Source of the DNA: Alphaproteobacteria bacterium
Lineage (GTDB): Bacteria; Pseudomonadota; Alphaproteobacteria; UBA8366; CAVOAK01
Reading direction: 5' to 3'
Length of the DNA stretch: 46,878 nucleotides
Assembly: GCA_963693665.1 (NCBI GenBank)
Contig: CAVOAK010000002.1
Location: forward strand, 1-46,878
Shown piece by piece: positions 35,702-44,275 of the stretch. The position numbers and the translations under genes are program-made. Each line of letters starts with the position of its first letter. Within the stretch, counting starts at the first letter, position 1. The notes below the pieces were generated by a model, which saw only the letters and a list, made by a program, of their open reading frames with translations, had not been told where the DNA came from and searched no databases.

Positions 35702-37090
35702 CTACGCCAGTAATTTTCTTACGCGCTTTTCAATTTCGGCTTCTCTCTCACCTTGAGCCAACGGTAGCGTATCGACGACAATCTTGCCAACTTTCTTGCC
35801 CAGTGCTTCCTGCGCCTTATGATCGTCAACGTTCGATTTGCCAACTTTGATGATTACGTCACCGGACATCGTCGGGATTAGTCCATCGGCATTTTTCACC
35901 GGTGCCGGCGGCTCAATGCCTTTCTTGAGATCGCGAATTCCACGCTTGAGCATCACCCGCAGCATGGCAACGCCCGTATCCGACCACCCCAAATGCTCGA
36001 GCTTATGGACAGTAATTGGGCCCTGACCGACCTGTGCTTCAAAGTCGCTCGGCTCACGCTGCCCCTCTTCGTAAGATCGTTCGCCCTCAGTTTGGCCGAC
36101 AAAATCAACCGAGTTCAGTCCAACTTTTGTCTTATCGCCCTTACCGCCCAAATCGAGTTTATCGCTGTAATGGCGCCATGCGATCAGCTTGCAATGTGTG
36201 TTGTCGACCGGCACAACCCATTTGGTGATCCCGGCACGCGGAAAGAATTTCTCGCGGTCGGCATCCTGATAAACGTCTGGCGGTTGCGCAAAATTTGGCA
36301 CCCACGACTCGGCTGTCCTAGTCCAAATGTATTCGTTCCAGCGTCGTGTATTTGTCAAATAAATTCCTGTCCGTTCCTTCATCCGGTGCCACTCGAGAAT
36401 TCCCTTGGCTCCCCATGCTGGATTGAACTGCGCACGCGTCACCCGCGTGTGCAGGAAGACGCTGTGGATGGGATCCATCGGGTTTTCGGTAACCTGCAGC
36501 CAGTTGCACGGCATATCTAAGGCGTACGGCACCATCTCGTCGCCCGGCAAGTCCATCGTATCGTAGATCGGAAATTCCGGTTTCTTCTCGGGCGGGCCCA
36601 TATAGGCAAAGACGAGTCCTTTGTATTCGAGCGCCGGATAAGCGCCGTGGGACAGCGTATGCCGGATCGGACTGTCGTCAGGTTCGCCTGGTGTCTCAAG
36701 GATCGTACCGTCCACGTCGAACAGCCAGCCATGATAGCAGCAGCGGATGCCGTGCTCGGCGACCACACCATACTCCAAGGATGTGCGGCGATGGCTGCAC
36801 TGCCTGTGCAGCAGTCCGACATCGCCGGAGTGATCTCGGAATACAACCAGATCCTCCCCCATAATGCGAACCGCCATCGGCAAGTCGGTCAATTGCTTCG
36901 ACATACAGATCGGCTGCCAGTACCGGCGGAGATATTCGCCGCATGGCGTACCCGGATCAGTGTGGGTCAACTCAGCGTCTTCCGTTGCTACACCTGATCG
37001 GAAATACCCATTGTAGGGTGTGTTCATCACATCCGTTTTTACATCCATCGTGGACAGCCCCATTTTAGACAACTCTTGATCAAGCTCCAT
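35702..37090 (-). CDS. Rieske (2Fe-2S) non-heme-iron oxygenase, alpha3-type (phthalate/KshA/OxoO-like family), with a ~80-aa Lys/Glu-rich C-terminal extension
   Basis: The Rieske motif is CSHRRTSLEYG...CCYHGWLF. The mononuclear iron motif is NWLQVTENPMDPIHSVFLH. The start codon is uncertain (several in-frame ATGs, no clear Shine-Dalgarno sequence). Confidence 0.9.
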   Translation of the reverse strand: MELDQELSKMGLSTMDVKTDVMNTPYNGYFRSGVATEDAELTHTDPGTPCGEYLRRYWQPICMSKQLTDLPMAVRIMGEDLVVFRDHSGDVGLLHRQCSHRRTSLEYGVVAEHGIRCCYHGWLFDVDGTILETPGEPDDSPIRHTLSHGAYPALEYKGLVFAYMGPPEKKPEFPIYDTMDLPGDEMVPYALDMPCNWLQVTENPMDPIHSVFLHTRVTRAQFNPAWGAKGILEWHRMKERTGIYLTNTRRWNEYIWTRTAESWVPNFAQPPDVYQDADREKFFPRAGITKWVVPVDNTHCKLIAWRHYSDKLDLGGKGDKTKVGLNSVDFVGQTEGERSYEEGQREPSDFEAQVGQGPITVHKLEHLGWSDTGVAMLRVMLKRGIRDLKKGIEPPAPVKNADGLIPTMSGDVIIKVGKSNVDDHKAQEALGKKVGKIVVDTLPLAQGEREAEIEKRVRKLLA

Positions 37091-37135
37091 AATCTGTTGT
37101 CGCGGTCAACGGGTCAAGTGTGGGCACGCAGACGC

Positions 37136-37180
37136 AAAAAAGAGGCGCACGATGAATTGCCGTGCGCCTCTTAAAATTTT
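37136..37180 (-). terminator. rho-independent terminator after the ABC ATPase gene (structurally bidirectional)
   Basis: On the minus strand, the stem AAGAGGCGCACG / CGTGCGCCTCTT has a 9-nt loop and is followed by a T-run (TTTTGCG). On the plus strand the same stem is followed by AAAATTTTT. Confidence 0.7.
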
Positions 37181-37212
37181 TCCAGCCGGAAGTAACTACC
37201 GGTGGAACCAGA

Positions 37213-37968
37213 CTAATGAATAAGAATTTGGCTCAAGAAGAGTTTCGTGCGGTCATTAGTTGGATTCGAAAAGAAGACGTCTGGTGTTGCTTTTTCGACG
37301 ATCTCGGCCTGATCCATAAAGACCATGGTATCCGCTACCGTTTTTGCAAATCCCATTTCATGCGTCACAACAATCATCGTCATGCCGCTTTGCGCCAGTT
37401 CAACCATCACATCGAGCACTTCTTTGATCATCTCTGGATCAAGGGCCGATGTCGGCTCGTCGAACAGCATGATCTTTGGTTCCATGCACAAGGAACGCGC
37501 GATCGCGACACGTTGTTGCTGCCCACCTGAGAGCTGGGTCGGATACTTACCAGCCTGTTCCGGAATATGGACCCGCTCAAGGTATCGCATTGCCAGTTCA
37601 TTAGCGTCCTTCTTTGCCATACCGCGGGCACGCACTGGAGCAAGCATTAAGTTCTCCAGGACCGTCAAATGCGGAAACAAATTGAAATTCTGGAACACGA
37701 TGCCAACTTCGCGGCGAACCGCGGTGACGTTCTTCATGTCCTCGGTCAACTCAATTCCATCAACACGAATCATTCCTTGCTGATGTACTTCAAGTCGATT
37801 GATGCAACGAATCATCGTAGATTTTCCCGAACCCGAGGGACCACAAACAACCATACGTTCACCAGGTTGGACCTTAAGATTGATATCCCGAAGTGCCTGG
37901 AAGTCGCCGAACCACTTTCCGACGCCTTCTAACTCGATAATTGGTTCCGCGTTTTCGTCTACCGACAT
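37213..37968 (-). CDS. amino-acid ABC transporter ATP-binding protein (GlnQ/HisP type)
   Basis: Walker [10 protein letters not shown], signature LSGGQQQRV and Walker [12 protein letters not shown]. Confidence 0.95.
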   Translation of the reverse strand: MSVDENAEPIIELEGVGKWFGDFQALRDINLKVQPGERMVVCGPSGSGKSTMIRCINRLEVHQQGMIRVDGIELTEDMKNVTAVRREVGIVFQNFNLFPHLTVLENLMLAPVRARGMAKKDANELAMRYLERVHIPEQAGKYPTQLSGGQQQRVAIARSLCMEPKIMLFDEPTSALDPEMIKEVLDVMVELAQSGMTMIVVTHEMGFAKTVADTMVFMDQAEIVEKATPDVFFSNPTNDRTKLFLSQILIH

Positions 37969-38270
37969 TTGTTCAATCTCCCGAAATTAACCAACAACAT
38001 AGCAAAGCTTCGCTTAACAGCGAACCGACCTGACTATGTCCTATTCCTATAAAATGAAACACGCAAATCGTGCCCCTAAAACGAGGCGCGGAGTATACCC
38101 ACTCTCAACATGAATGATACCCCGAATTTATGCCATAGGGAGTTGATACACAGAACTCCCAGAAATGTGATGAACTGGCAAACAACTGGTGATTGTCGCC
38201 AAGGTTGGTATTGAAGTGTAAGCCGCAAGGCCCTAAACGACAACTTACAAATAAATAGGGGGAGAAACTT

Positions 38271-39131
38271 GTGCGTTTAATTTCATACCGCCAAAACGAA
38301 GAATCTGGTGTCGGCGTAATGGTCGATGATGAAGGTTTCATTCCCCTTGCAAACGCGCGACCTGACTTGCCACGGACCCTTCGTGGATTGTTGGAACTGG
38401 GCCCAGACGGCCTCAAGGCAGCCAAACTAGCTGTCGCAGGAAAGGACAGCGACCATCGGATCAATGACGTAGTGCTCGATCCGCTCATTCCAGAGCCACC
38501 AGCCATCTGGTGCGTCGGCCTGAATTATGTATCGCACCGTGAGGAAACCGAATCGCCGGTGACCAAACAGCCGACGATGTTTCTCCGAATTGCAGCAAGT
38601 CAGGTTGGGCACCTACAACCAATGGTCCGCCCTAAGGCGTCAAATGAATTCGATTATGAAGGTGAACTTGCTGTCATCATTGGCACAGGGGGACGACATA
38701 TTACTGAATTCGATGCCTTGAAGCACATCGCCGGATACGCTTGTTACAACGACGGAACACTTCGCGATTGGCAGCGCCATACGTCTCAATTTAGCCCAGG
38801 CAAGAATTTTGTCGCTACTGGAGGTTTTGGACCTTGGCTGGTGACCGCCGATGAATTTGGCGATCCATACAGCCAGACCATGACGACACGGCTGAATGGA
38901 GAAGTAATGCAGAACGCCTCCATTGATCTGATGTTGTTCAGGATCGAAAAATTGATCGCCTACATCTCAACCATGTACCCGCTAAACCCTGGCGACGTAA
39001 TCAGTACAGGTACGGCTGGCGGGGTTGGTTTCCGGCGAGACCCACCAGTTTTTCTCAAGGCCGGAGACACTGTAAGCGTGGAAATAACGGGCATCGGTAC
39101 TTTGATAAATCCAATTATCGATGAAGCTTGA
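38271..39131 (+). CDS. fumarylacetoacetate hydrolase (FAH) family protein
   Basis: 286 aa. The FAH-fold C-terminal domain pattern is present (YEGELAVIIG, DGTLRDWQ, GKNF, PGDVISTGT). GTG start preceded by GGGGGAGAA. Confidence 0.9.
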   Translation: MRLISYRQNEESGVGVMVDDEGFIPLANARPDLPRTLRGLLELGPDGLKAAKLAVAGKDSDHRINDVVLDPLIPEPPAIWCVGLNYVSHREETESPVTKQPTMFLRIAASQVGHLQPMVRPKASNEFDYEGELAVIIGTGGRHITEFDALKHIAGYACYNDGTLRDWQRHTSQFSPGKNFVATGGFGPWLVTADEFGDPYSQTMTTRLNGEVMQNASIDLMLFRIEKLIAYISTMYPLNPGDVISTGTAGGVGFRRDPPVFLKAGDTVSVEITGIGTLINPIIDEA

Positions 39132-39149
39132 AGCCGTCGTTCAGCAAGC

Positions 39150-40184
39150 TCAACTCTTTGCGCGACGTTCCGCCATCGCAGAAGCGAAATGGATAGCCTC
39201 TACCATGCTCTGCGCGCTGGCTTCGCCGCGACCGGCGATATCGAACGCGGTTCCGTGATCGACCGAGGTGCGGATAATGGGCAAACCCAAAGTCACGTTG
39301 ACGCCGCTCAAATTCGTCCATTTCCCAGTTTTCGAATCGACTGAGAAACCGAGCAATTTGACGGGTATGTGACCTTGATCGTGATACATGGCGACAACGG
39401 CATCAAAGTCGCCGGCGACTGCCTTAACGAAAATTGTATCACCGGGCAGCGGTCCTTCAATTTGCACCCCCCGCGCTTGGAAGCTCTCGATCACCGGCCT
39501 CAAGACTTCGCGATCTTCTGAGCCGAACATACCGCCTTCACCGGCATGAGGGTTAAGGCCACAAACCCCTATTCGCGGATCAGAGATCCCAAGATCGCGA
39601 AGCGCATCGATTGTTAACCCGACAACGCGAATCACACGTTCCGATGTAACGCGCGACGGAACCTCGGAGAGCGGCGTATGCGTCGAGATATGGGTTACTC
39701 GAAGCTTGTCATGGGCCAACATCATGCAACTATCGGTGCTGCCTGTGAGTTCGGCCAAGAGTTCGGTATGACCGGCATAAGCATAGCCCGCGGCGTTGAG
39801 CGCCTCCTTGTTGATCGGTGCGGTCACAATCGCGTCGACATCTCCTGCAAGCGTAAGCGCGACAGCCCGGTCGATCGCCATGTAGGCTAACCGGCCCGCT
39901 TCGGCGCTGACGACGCCCAGCGAAAAATCCGCTTGTGCTTTGGCTGCTTCCTCAAAAGGCAAGCAGGGCCAACCGCCTCCCCGCTCTACCGGCCCAAACG
40001 TGACATCAAGATCATATAACTTCGCTGCCCGTTCGAAGCAGCTCCGCGTGCCCACTGCTATCAGATCCATATTTCCAGCGGCGACCGACGGGCCAAGTTC
40101 CTGCACTGCCTTAAGAAGCACTTCGGGTCCGACGCCTGCCGGATCACCCATTGTCAGCGCAATCCGCGGCCTAGGTGATGTCAT
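39150..40184 (-). CDS. pdxA2: PdxA-family 4-hydroxythreonine-4-phosphate dehydrogenase-like enzyme (PdxA2-type context)
   Basis: GDPAGVGPE is at the N-terminus, with HTELL and later His motifs. The start is trimmed to the ATG at 40184 (GAGGAGAA upstream). It overlaps the kinase gene end by 14 nt. Confidence 0.85.
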   Translation of the reverse strand: MTSPRPRIALTMGDPAGVGPEVLLKAVQELGPSVAAGNMDLIAVGTRSCFERAAKLYDLDVTFGPVERGGGWPCLPFEEAAKAQADFSLGVVSAEAGRLAYMAIDRAVALTLAGDVDAIVTAPINKEALNAAGYAYAGHTELLAELTGSTDSCMMLAHDKLRVTHISTHTPLSEVPSRVTSERVIRVVGLTIDALRDLGISDPRIGVCGLNPHAGEGGMFGSEDREVLRPVIESFQARGVQIEGPLPGDTIFVKAVAGDFDAVVAMYHDQGHIPVKLLGFSVDSKTGKWTNLSGVNVTLGLPIIRTSVDHGTAFDIAGRGEASAQSMVEAIHFASAMAERRAKS

Positions 40185-41310
40185 GACTATTCTCCTCAAA
40201 CTGGTCCAGAAGAGTACAAAGAAAATCTGCCTTGCCAAACGCCCCCGCTTTCGAGACGACAGTTAATCCATCCCAGTTGCCGCCTTTTAACTTGGAAACA
40301 GGAATGCCCGGCATCAATTCGCCTGAAACCGCGAGTGACTCCGCGCCCGCAGCGCTGACAAATCGGAATAGCGTATCGCCGCCTGCAACTAGGACCGTTT
40401 CTGGACACGGCAACTGCTTGACGGCAACAGCTAATGTCTCAGAAACAGCCTGGCTCGCGGCAGCGTGGCTCGTATGTGTCGCAAACCTAAATGCCAACGC
40501 CGACGACAGGCCCTGATCGATACGACGGGCAACAAAATTGATCGACGCACCGATGTCGTACTGAGATGCTGGGTCGGCAATGGCAATAAGCTCAGGATGT
40601 AACTTCGCGAGTGTATCCGTTTGCGCAGCGGATGACGGATGATCGCTCCCGACGATTATAAAGACGGGCGATGAGGGCATTTGGCGAGACTCATTGAACC
40701 TTCGCCCCGAAAGCGCGCGCGTGAGACCGGCGCTACCGCACCAAAGAATCGGCGGCGTCAATCCACGACCGGCCGCAACCACATTATCGAGATCTTCGTC
40801 AGTCTCGGCATCACACACGAAGATGCCGGAACCAGCAACGTCGTCGCTCCGCTTGGCGTGCCGAGCAACATGCCCAAGGGCACTCAGTTCTGCGTGTAGA
40901 TCGCATGCCAGTTCTTGCGGATCGCGTCCTGCATCTTGCAACACAAACTGCCGGCCATTTCGAGTAATGCGGCCTTGGGAAGGAAAGGCTGGCGCCACAA
41001 CGGTGCTGGCGAAGGCGCCAGTATCAAGACAAGCCGCGATCTCCTCTGCTGTATGGCCGCGCAACAATGAATCCAGTTTCTTGACGGCAACATCAGCCGC
41101 GTGCAGCACAGGCGTTAAGCCCGCCATTGCACCGACGGCATTTCGCGCGGACGCCTCGCGGGTCTCGGTATCAATTGCATAACTTCCCGATATGGGAGGG
41201 AGAGCACCGCCTTGCCAAAATACAGAAATCGGTTCGCTGACGGTCGCGAATGGGCAGATGGTGTCCAGAGCACCTGTCAGATCGTCAGCCAGCATACGAA
41301 CGACGGTCAT
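40171..41310 (-). CDS. four-carbon acid-sugar kinase family protein (DUF1537; OtnK/DtnK-like)
   Basis: The N-terminal ADDLTGALD motif is characteristic of DUF1537 kinases. The size (379 aa) and the pairing with a PdxA homologue also fit. Confidence 0.8.
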   Translation of the reverse strand: MTVVRMLADDLTGALDTICPFATVSEPISVFWQGGALPPISGSYAIDTETREASARNAVGAMAGLTPVLHAADVAVKKLDSLLRGHTAEEIAACLDTGAFASTVVAPAFPSQGRITRNGRQFVLQDAGRDPQELACDLHAELSALGHVARHAKRSDDVAGSGIFVCDAETDEDLDNVVAAGRGLTPPILWCGSAGLTRALSGRRFNESRQMPSSPVFIIVGSDHPSSAAQTDTLAKLHPELIAIADPASQYDIGASINFVARRIDQGLSSALAFRFATHTSHAAASQAVSETLAVAVKQLPCPETVLVAGGDTLFRFVSAAGAESLAVSGELMPGIPVSKLKGGNWDGLTVVSKAGAFGKADFLCTLLDQFEENSHDIT

Positions 41311-41319
41311 TTTTCTGCC

Positions 41320-41339
41320 TCCTGGTTCCTACACCAGGA
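41320..41339 (-). promoter_or_regulatory. 7-bp-stem hairpin overlapping the Shine-Dalgarno sequence (AGGAGG) of the DUF1537 kinase gene
   Basis: The minus-strand RNA reads UCCUGGU-guagga-ACCAGGA-GG-cagaaaa-AUG. The 3-prime arm shares AGGA with the Shine-Dalgarno sequence. Confidence 0.3.
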
Positions 41340-41441
41340 ACGCCGCGTCGGACAATGCCTGCATATGATCATGACGTGAAACAGAAAACTTCAATGGTAA
41401 GTCTTCCGGCATCTTCTCTAACATTGTCAAGGACGGCTAAT

Positions 41442-42866
41442 TCAGGCGTCCAACTCGTCAATATCGAGCGATGCGATCGCGCCTAGGGTAATTGGCTTAA
41501 CTGGCGAGCGAACTCGGAAGTGACCGACTGTTTCGACCGTAACGCCACGTGCCTCCGCGACGACGTGAGCGACGGAAGATGCACACTGCCTACCTTGACA
41601 TGGCCCCATGCCGGCGCGTGTGAATGCTTTGACTTGATTTGGTCCTTGGCAGCCAACCGCCACAGCCTCCCTCACCCGACCAGCGGTGACTTCCTCGCAA
41701 CGGCAGATCAGTGTGTCGTCGGCAAATTGCTCCAGCAATGATGCCGGTGGTCTAAACAAGGCTTCGAGAAATGGCCTAATTCGCAGATCCTGCTTCATCA
41801 CCCGACGTACGGGTACAGCCAGCCGATCTTGCTCCTCTCTATCGATTTGACCTAACGCACATGCGCTCTGCAAGGCCGCAAGCCGGCCCGATAATTCAGA
41901 CGACCGTGCGCCGGAGATACCGGCACAGTCACCAGCCAGCACAATCCCATCAATACCAGTACTGCCCCATGAATCAGTTGATGGCCGCCAACACTGCTGG
42001 CCTTCATCCCAGACTTCTCCAACGCCAAGTGAGGCGGCAAGGTGGCCGTTCGGTACGACACCAAAATGTACTAAAAGCAGGTCAGTCTCGAGCGTGTGCC
42101 GATGACCAGAGACGGTATACTCGACGCTCCCGATACGGCTATCGCCACGCGCTGCTAAATTACTTACGCCCGTGACGATTTGGACCCCAGCCAGTGCCAG
42201 TTCACGCTTGAGGGCCTTTCCTTTCGAAATATAGTCACCGGCGGTCAGCGCCATTGGCAGATGAGGAAGCGCACGCAGGTAGTTGCCCCTTGGAGTCAAA
42301 TCCAGGACGGCCTGAATGGCAACACCGGCACGGAGGTATTGACAGGCGACCAGAACTAGAAGAGGCCCAACCCCGGCTAGGACGATACCAGTGTTGGCGC
42401 CACCAACCCGCGCGCTGCTATCGGGCACCATACCCTCTTGCTTCAGCAGAATTTGGCCTGCGCCAACCGTCATGACACCGGGCAGCGTCCATCCGGGGAA
42501 AGGCACCGACCGCTCCATACTGCCAGTAGCGATTATGATGCGCTGTGCCTTAACCATACTTGCGGCGCCTGATGAAACGACACCAATATTGCGTTCAGGT
42601 GTGACGGCCCAGATGTCACTTTGGGCGCGATAAGCGGCATCGCTTTTTCTGAAGGCATCCACAAGCGCTGCGCCCTGCGCATAATCCTGCCCGAGAATTG
42701 TTGAGTTCGCGCTATCGGCATTCTCGATACCGCGGAAAATCTGGCCGCCCGGTGTTGATTGTTCGTCGATCAAAGTGACCTGCACACCCAACTCCGCAGC
42801 CGTTGTCGCGGCAGCAAGGCCCGCTGGTCCGCCGCCAATCACGACGAGTTCGCAGCGTTCGCTCAT
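41442..42866 (-). CDS. NAD(P)/FAD-dependent oxidoreductase with BFD-like [2Fe-2S] domain (HcnB/OoxA/LhpE-like subunit)
   Basis: VVIGGGPAGLAAA is at the N-terminus. The BFD-like motifs are CRCEEVT and GPCQGRQC. ATGA overlap with the upstream small subunit gene. Confidence 0.85.
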   Translation of the reverse strand: MSERCELVVIGGGPAGLAAATTAAELGVQVTLIDEQSTPGGQIFRGIENADSANSTILGQDYAQGAALVDAFRKSDAAYRAQSDIWAVTPERNIGVVSSGAASMVKAQRIIIATGSMERSVPFPGWTLPGVMTVGAGQILLKQEGMVPDSSARVGGANTGIVLAGVGPLLVLVACQYLRAGVAIQAVLDLTPRGNYLRALPHLPMALTAGDYISKGKALKRELALAGVQIVTGVSNLAARGDSRIGSVEYTVSGHRHTLETDLLLVHFGVVPNGHLAASLGVGEVWDEGQQCWRPSTDSWGSTGIDGIVLAGDCAGISGARSSELSGRLAALQSACALGQIDREEQDRLAVPVRRVMKQDLRIRPFLEALFRPPASLLEQFADDTLICRCEEVTAGRVREAVAVGCQGPNQVKAFTRAGMGPCQGRQCASSVAHVVAEARGVTVETVGHFRVRSPVKPITLGAIASLDIDELDA

Positions 42867-43153
42867 GGCTTAAGCCCTGACGCGCCAATCTGCCGACGAA
42901 TACTCATCCCTTCCTCGACCGTCACTAGACAAGCCTGACGATTGGCAACCCCATCGATTTCCATCAGACAGTCGAAGCACACACCCATCATGCAGTACGG
43001 CGTGCGCATCGCGCCTGAAACCGGAGTCGTACGGCAATGACCGAGATCATGGAGTAGGACTGCGGCGGCAACGCTCGCATCTACCGGCACAACAATCGCT
43101 CTGTCGTCGATAGTAACCTCAACGGTCGGTCCTTCACGCAGCTGTTTGAACAT
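42863..43153 (-). CDS. small (2Fe-2S)-binding subunit (HcnA/SoxA-N-terminal-like)
   Basis: About 96 aa from the ATG at 43153. The Cys cluster is YCMMGVCFDCLMEIDG. It overlaps the upstream DAO-type gene by 20 nt. Confidence 0.8.
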   Translation of the reverse strand: MFKQLREGPTVEVTIDDRAIVVPVDASVAAAVLLHDLGHCRTTPVSGAMRTPYCMMGVCFDCLMEIDGVANRQACLVTVEEGMSIRRQIGASGLKP

Positions 43154-44270
43154 CGAACCGGTCCAGTGAGAATGGATCGACACCCGGAGTGACATCCTCA
43201 CCAGCGATCCAGGCGGCAAGTTGTTCAGCATGAATGGCGGCCAGCGTGACCCCGCTATGGCAATTTACGACGAAAGCGTTTGGATGCTCGGCGGAACGTG
43301 AATAAATCGAAAATGTGTCCTTTGGCATGGGCCGCAACGCCCCCCAGGCGCGGACGAGCCGCGCATTGGCCAAAAATGGGAAGGTCCGAACGCCATTGGC
43401 AGCCACCTTGCGAAACCCTTGCAACGTTGTTCCCTCGTCGAGTCCAGCATCCTCATGTGTGTCGCCAAGCATAACCGTCCCTTCATCTGTTTGGCGCATC
43501 AGGCTAGTCGGAATGTCGAATATCCGGTCGAGCCGCTCGGTGATCAATATCTGCCCGCGCAACGCCTTGACCGGCACCTGCATACCGATCATCGGCCCGA
43601 GCCAAGCATTGGCGATACCACCTGCCAGCACGACCCGATTACAACCGATCTCGCAGATGCCCACCTTGAGGACAAATCCATCCGTCCGGAGGTTGATGTC
43701 GAGAACGCGGTGGTCCGGCAGATATCGCCCGCCAAAATCCTGAAAGCCCTTGAGCAGGGCTTCGTGGAGCATCAGCGAATTGACAAGGCCGTCAAGCGAA
43801 CTGTAGGTGGCGCCAACTACGTCGGGACCAAGGCCCGGCATTAGCCGGTCGAGGGCCGTCCGATCGAGCATCTCGTACTCGACGCCAGGGTTGAGGTGGA
43901 TTGGCTCGGCTTCGGCCGCGACCTGCTCGAGCTTCGCCTGCTGCTTCGCCATCTCGTCGTCCGAAAAACAGATATGGACCGCACCGCGCTTCGAATATGC
44001 GACATCGATCCCGGTGCGATCCTTGAGTTGGTCCGCGAATGCGGGCCACAGGTCGGTTGAGGTGCGAGTCCAACTCGCATAGCGGGGAAAACCCCCACCC
44101 TTACCGTGAACCCAAACCAGAGCGAAATTACCGCGGGCCGCACGAAAAGCCTTATCACCCTCGTCAGCTACGGCGACGTTGATGCCACGCTTTGCCAACC
44201 CATAGGCAATTGCCATGCCGACCAGACCGCCTCCGATAACAATTGTGTCGTATGCGCGCATGACCGCCAT
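43134..44270 (-). CDS. FAD-dependent oxidoreductase, DAO family (HcnC/OoxB/LhpB-like subunit)
   Basis: The dinucleotide fold is IVIGGGLVGMAIAYGLAKRGINVAVADE. The length is 378 aa. It starts 5 nt after the stop of the last Rieske gene. Confidence 0.85.
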   Translation of the reverse strand: MAVMRAYDTIVIGGGLVGMAIAYGLAKRGINVAVADEGDKAFRAARGNFALVWVHGKGGGFPRYASWTRTSTDLWPAFADQLKDRTGIDVAYSKRGAVHICFSDDEMAKQQAKLEQVAAEAEPIHLNPGVEYEMLDRTALDRLMPGLGPDVVGATYSSLDGLVNSLMLHEALLKGFQDFGGRYLPDHRVLDINLRTDGFVLKVGICEIGCNRVVLAGGIANAWLGPMIGMQVPVKALRGQILITERLDRIFDIPTSLMRQTDEGTVMLGDTHEDAGLDEGTTLQGFRKVAANGVRTFPFLANARLVRAWGALRPMPKDTFSIYSRSAEHPNAFVVNCHSGVTLAAIHAEQLAAWIAGEDVTPGVDPFSLDRFDVQTAA

Positions 44271-44275
44271 AGGTG

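Noticed and set aside
35359-35850. 163-aa plus-strand ORF covering the 430-bp spacer and the end of the Rieske gene. I also considered whether the spacer hides a remnant of the missing binding-protein gene.
   Set aside because: The ORF has non-protein-like composition and overlaps the Rieske gene. My three-frame reading of the minus strand across 35272-35701 is full of stops, with no SBP-like peptide stretches.
41442-44270. Possibility that the three-subunit flavoenzyme is hydrogen cyanide synthase HcnABC.
   Set aside because: The gene order here is C-like, A-like, B-like rather than hcnA-hcnB-hcnC. The context (Rieske oxygenases, catabolic genes) fits opine or D-hydroxyproline-type amine dehydrogenases better. 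A family-level call is all that is justified.
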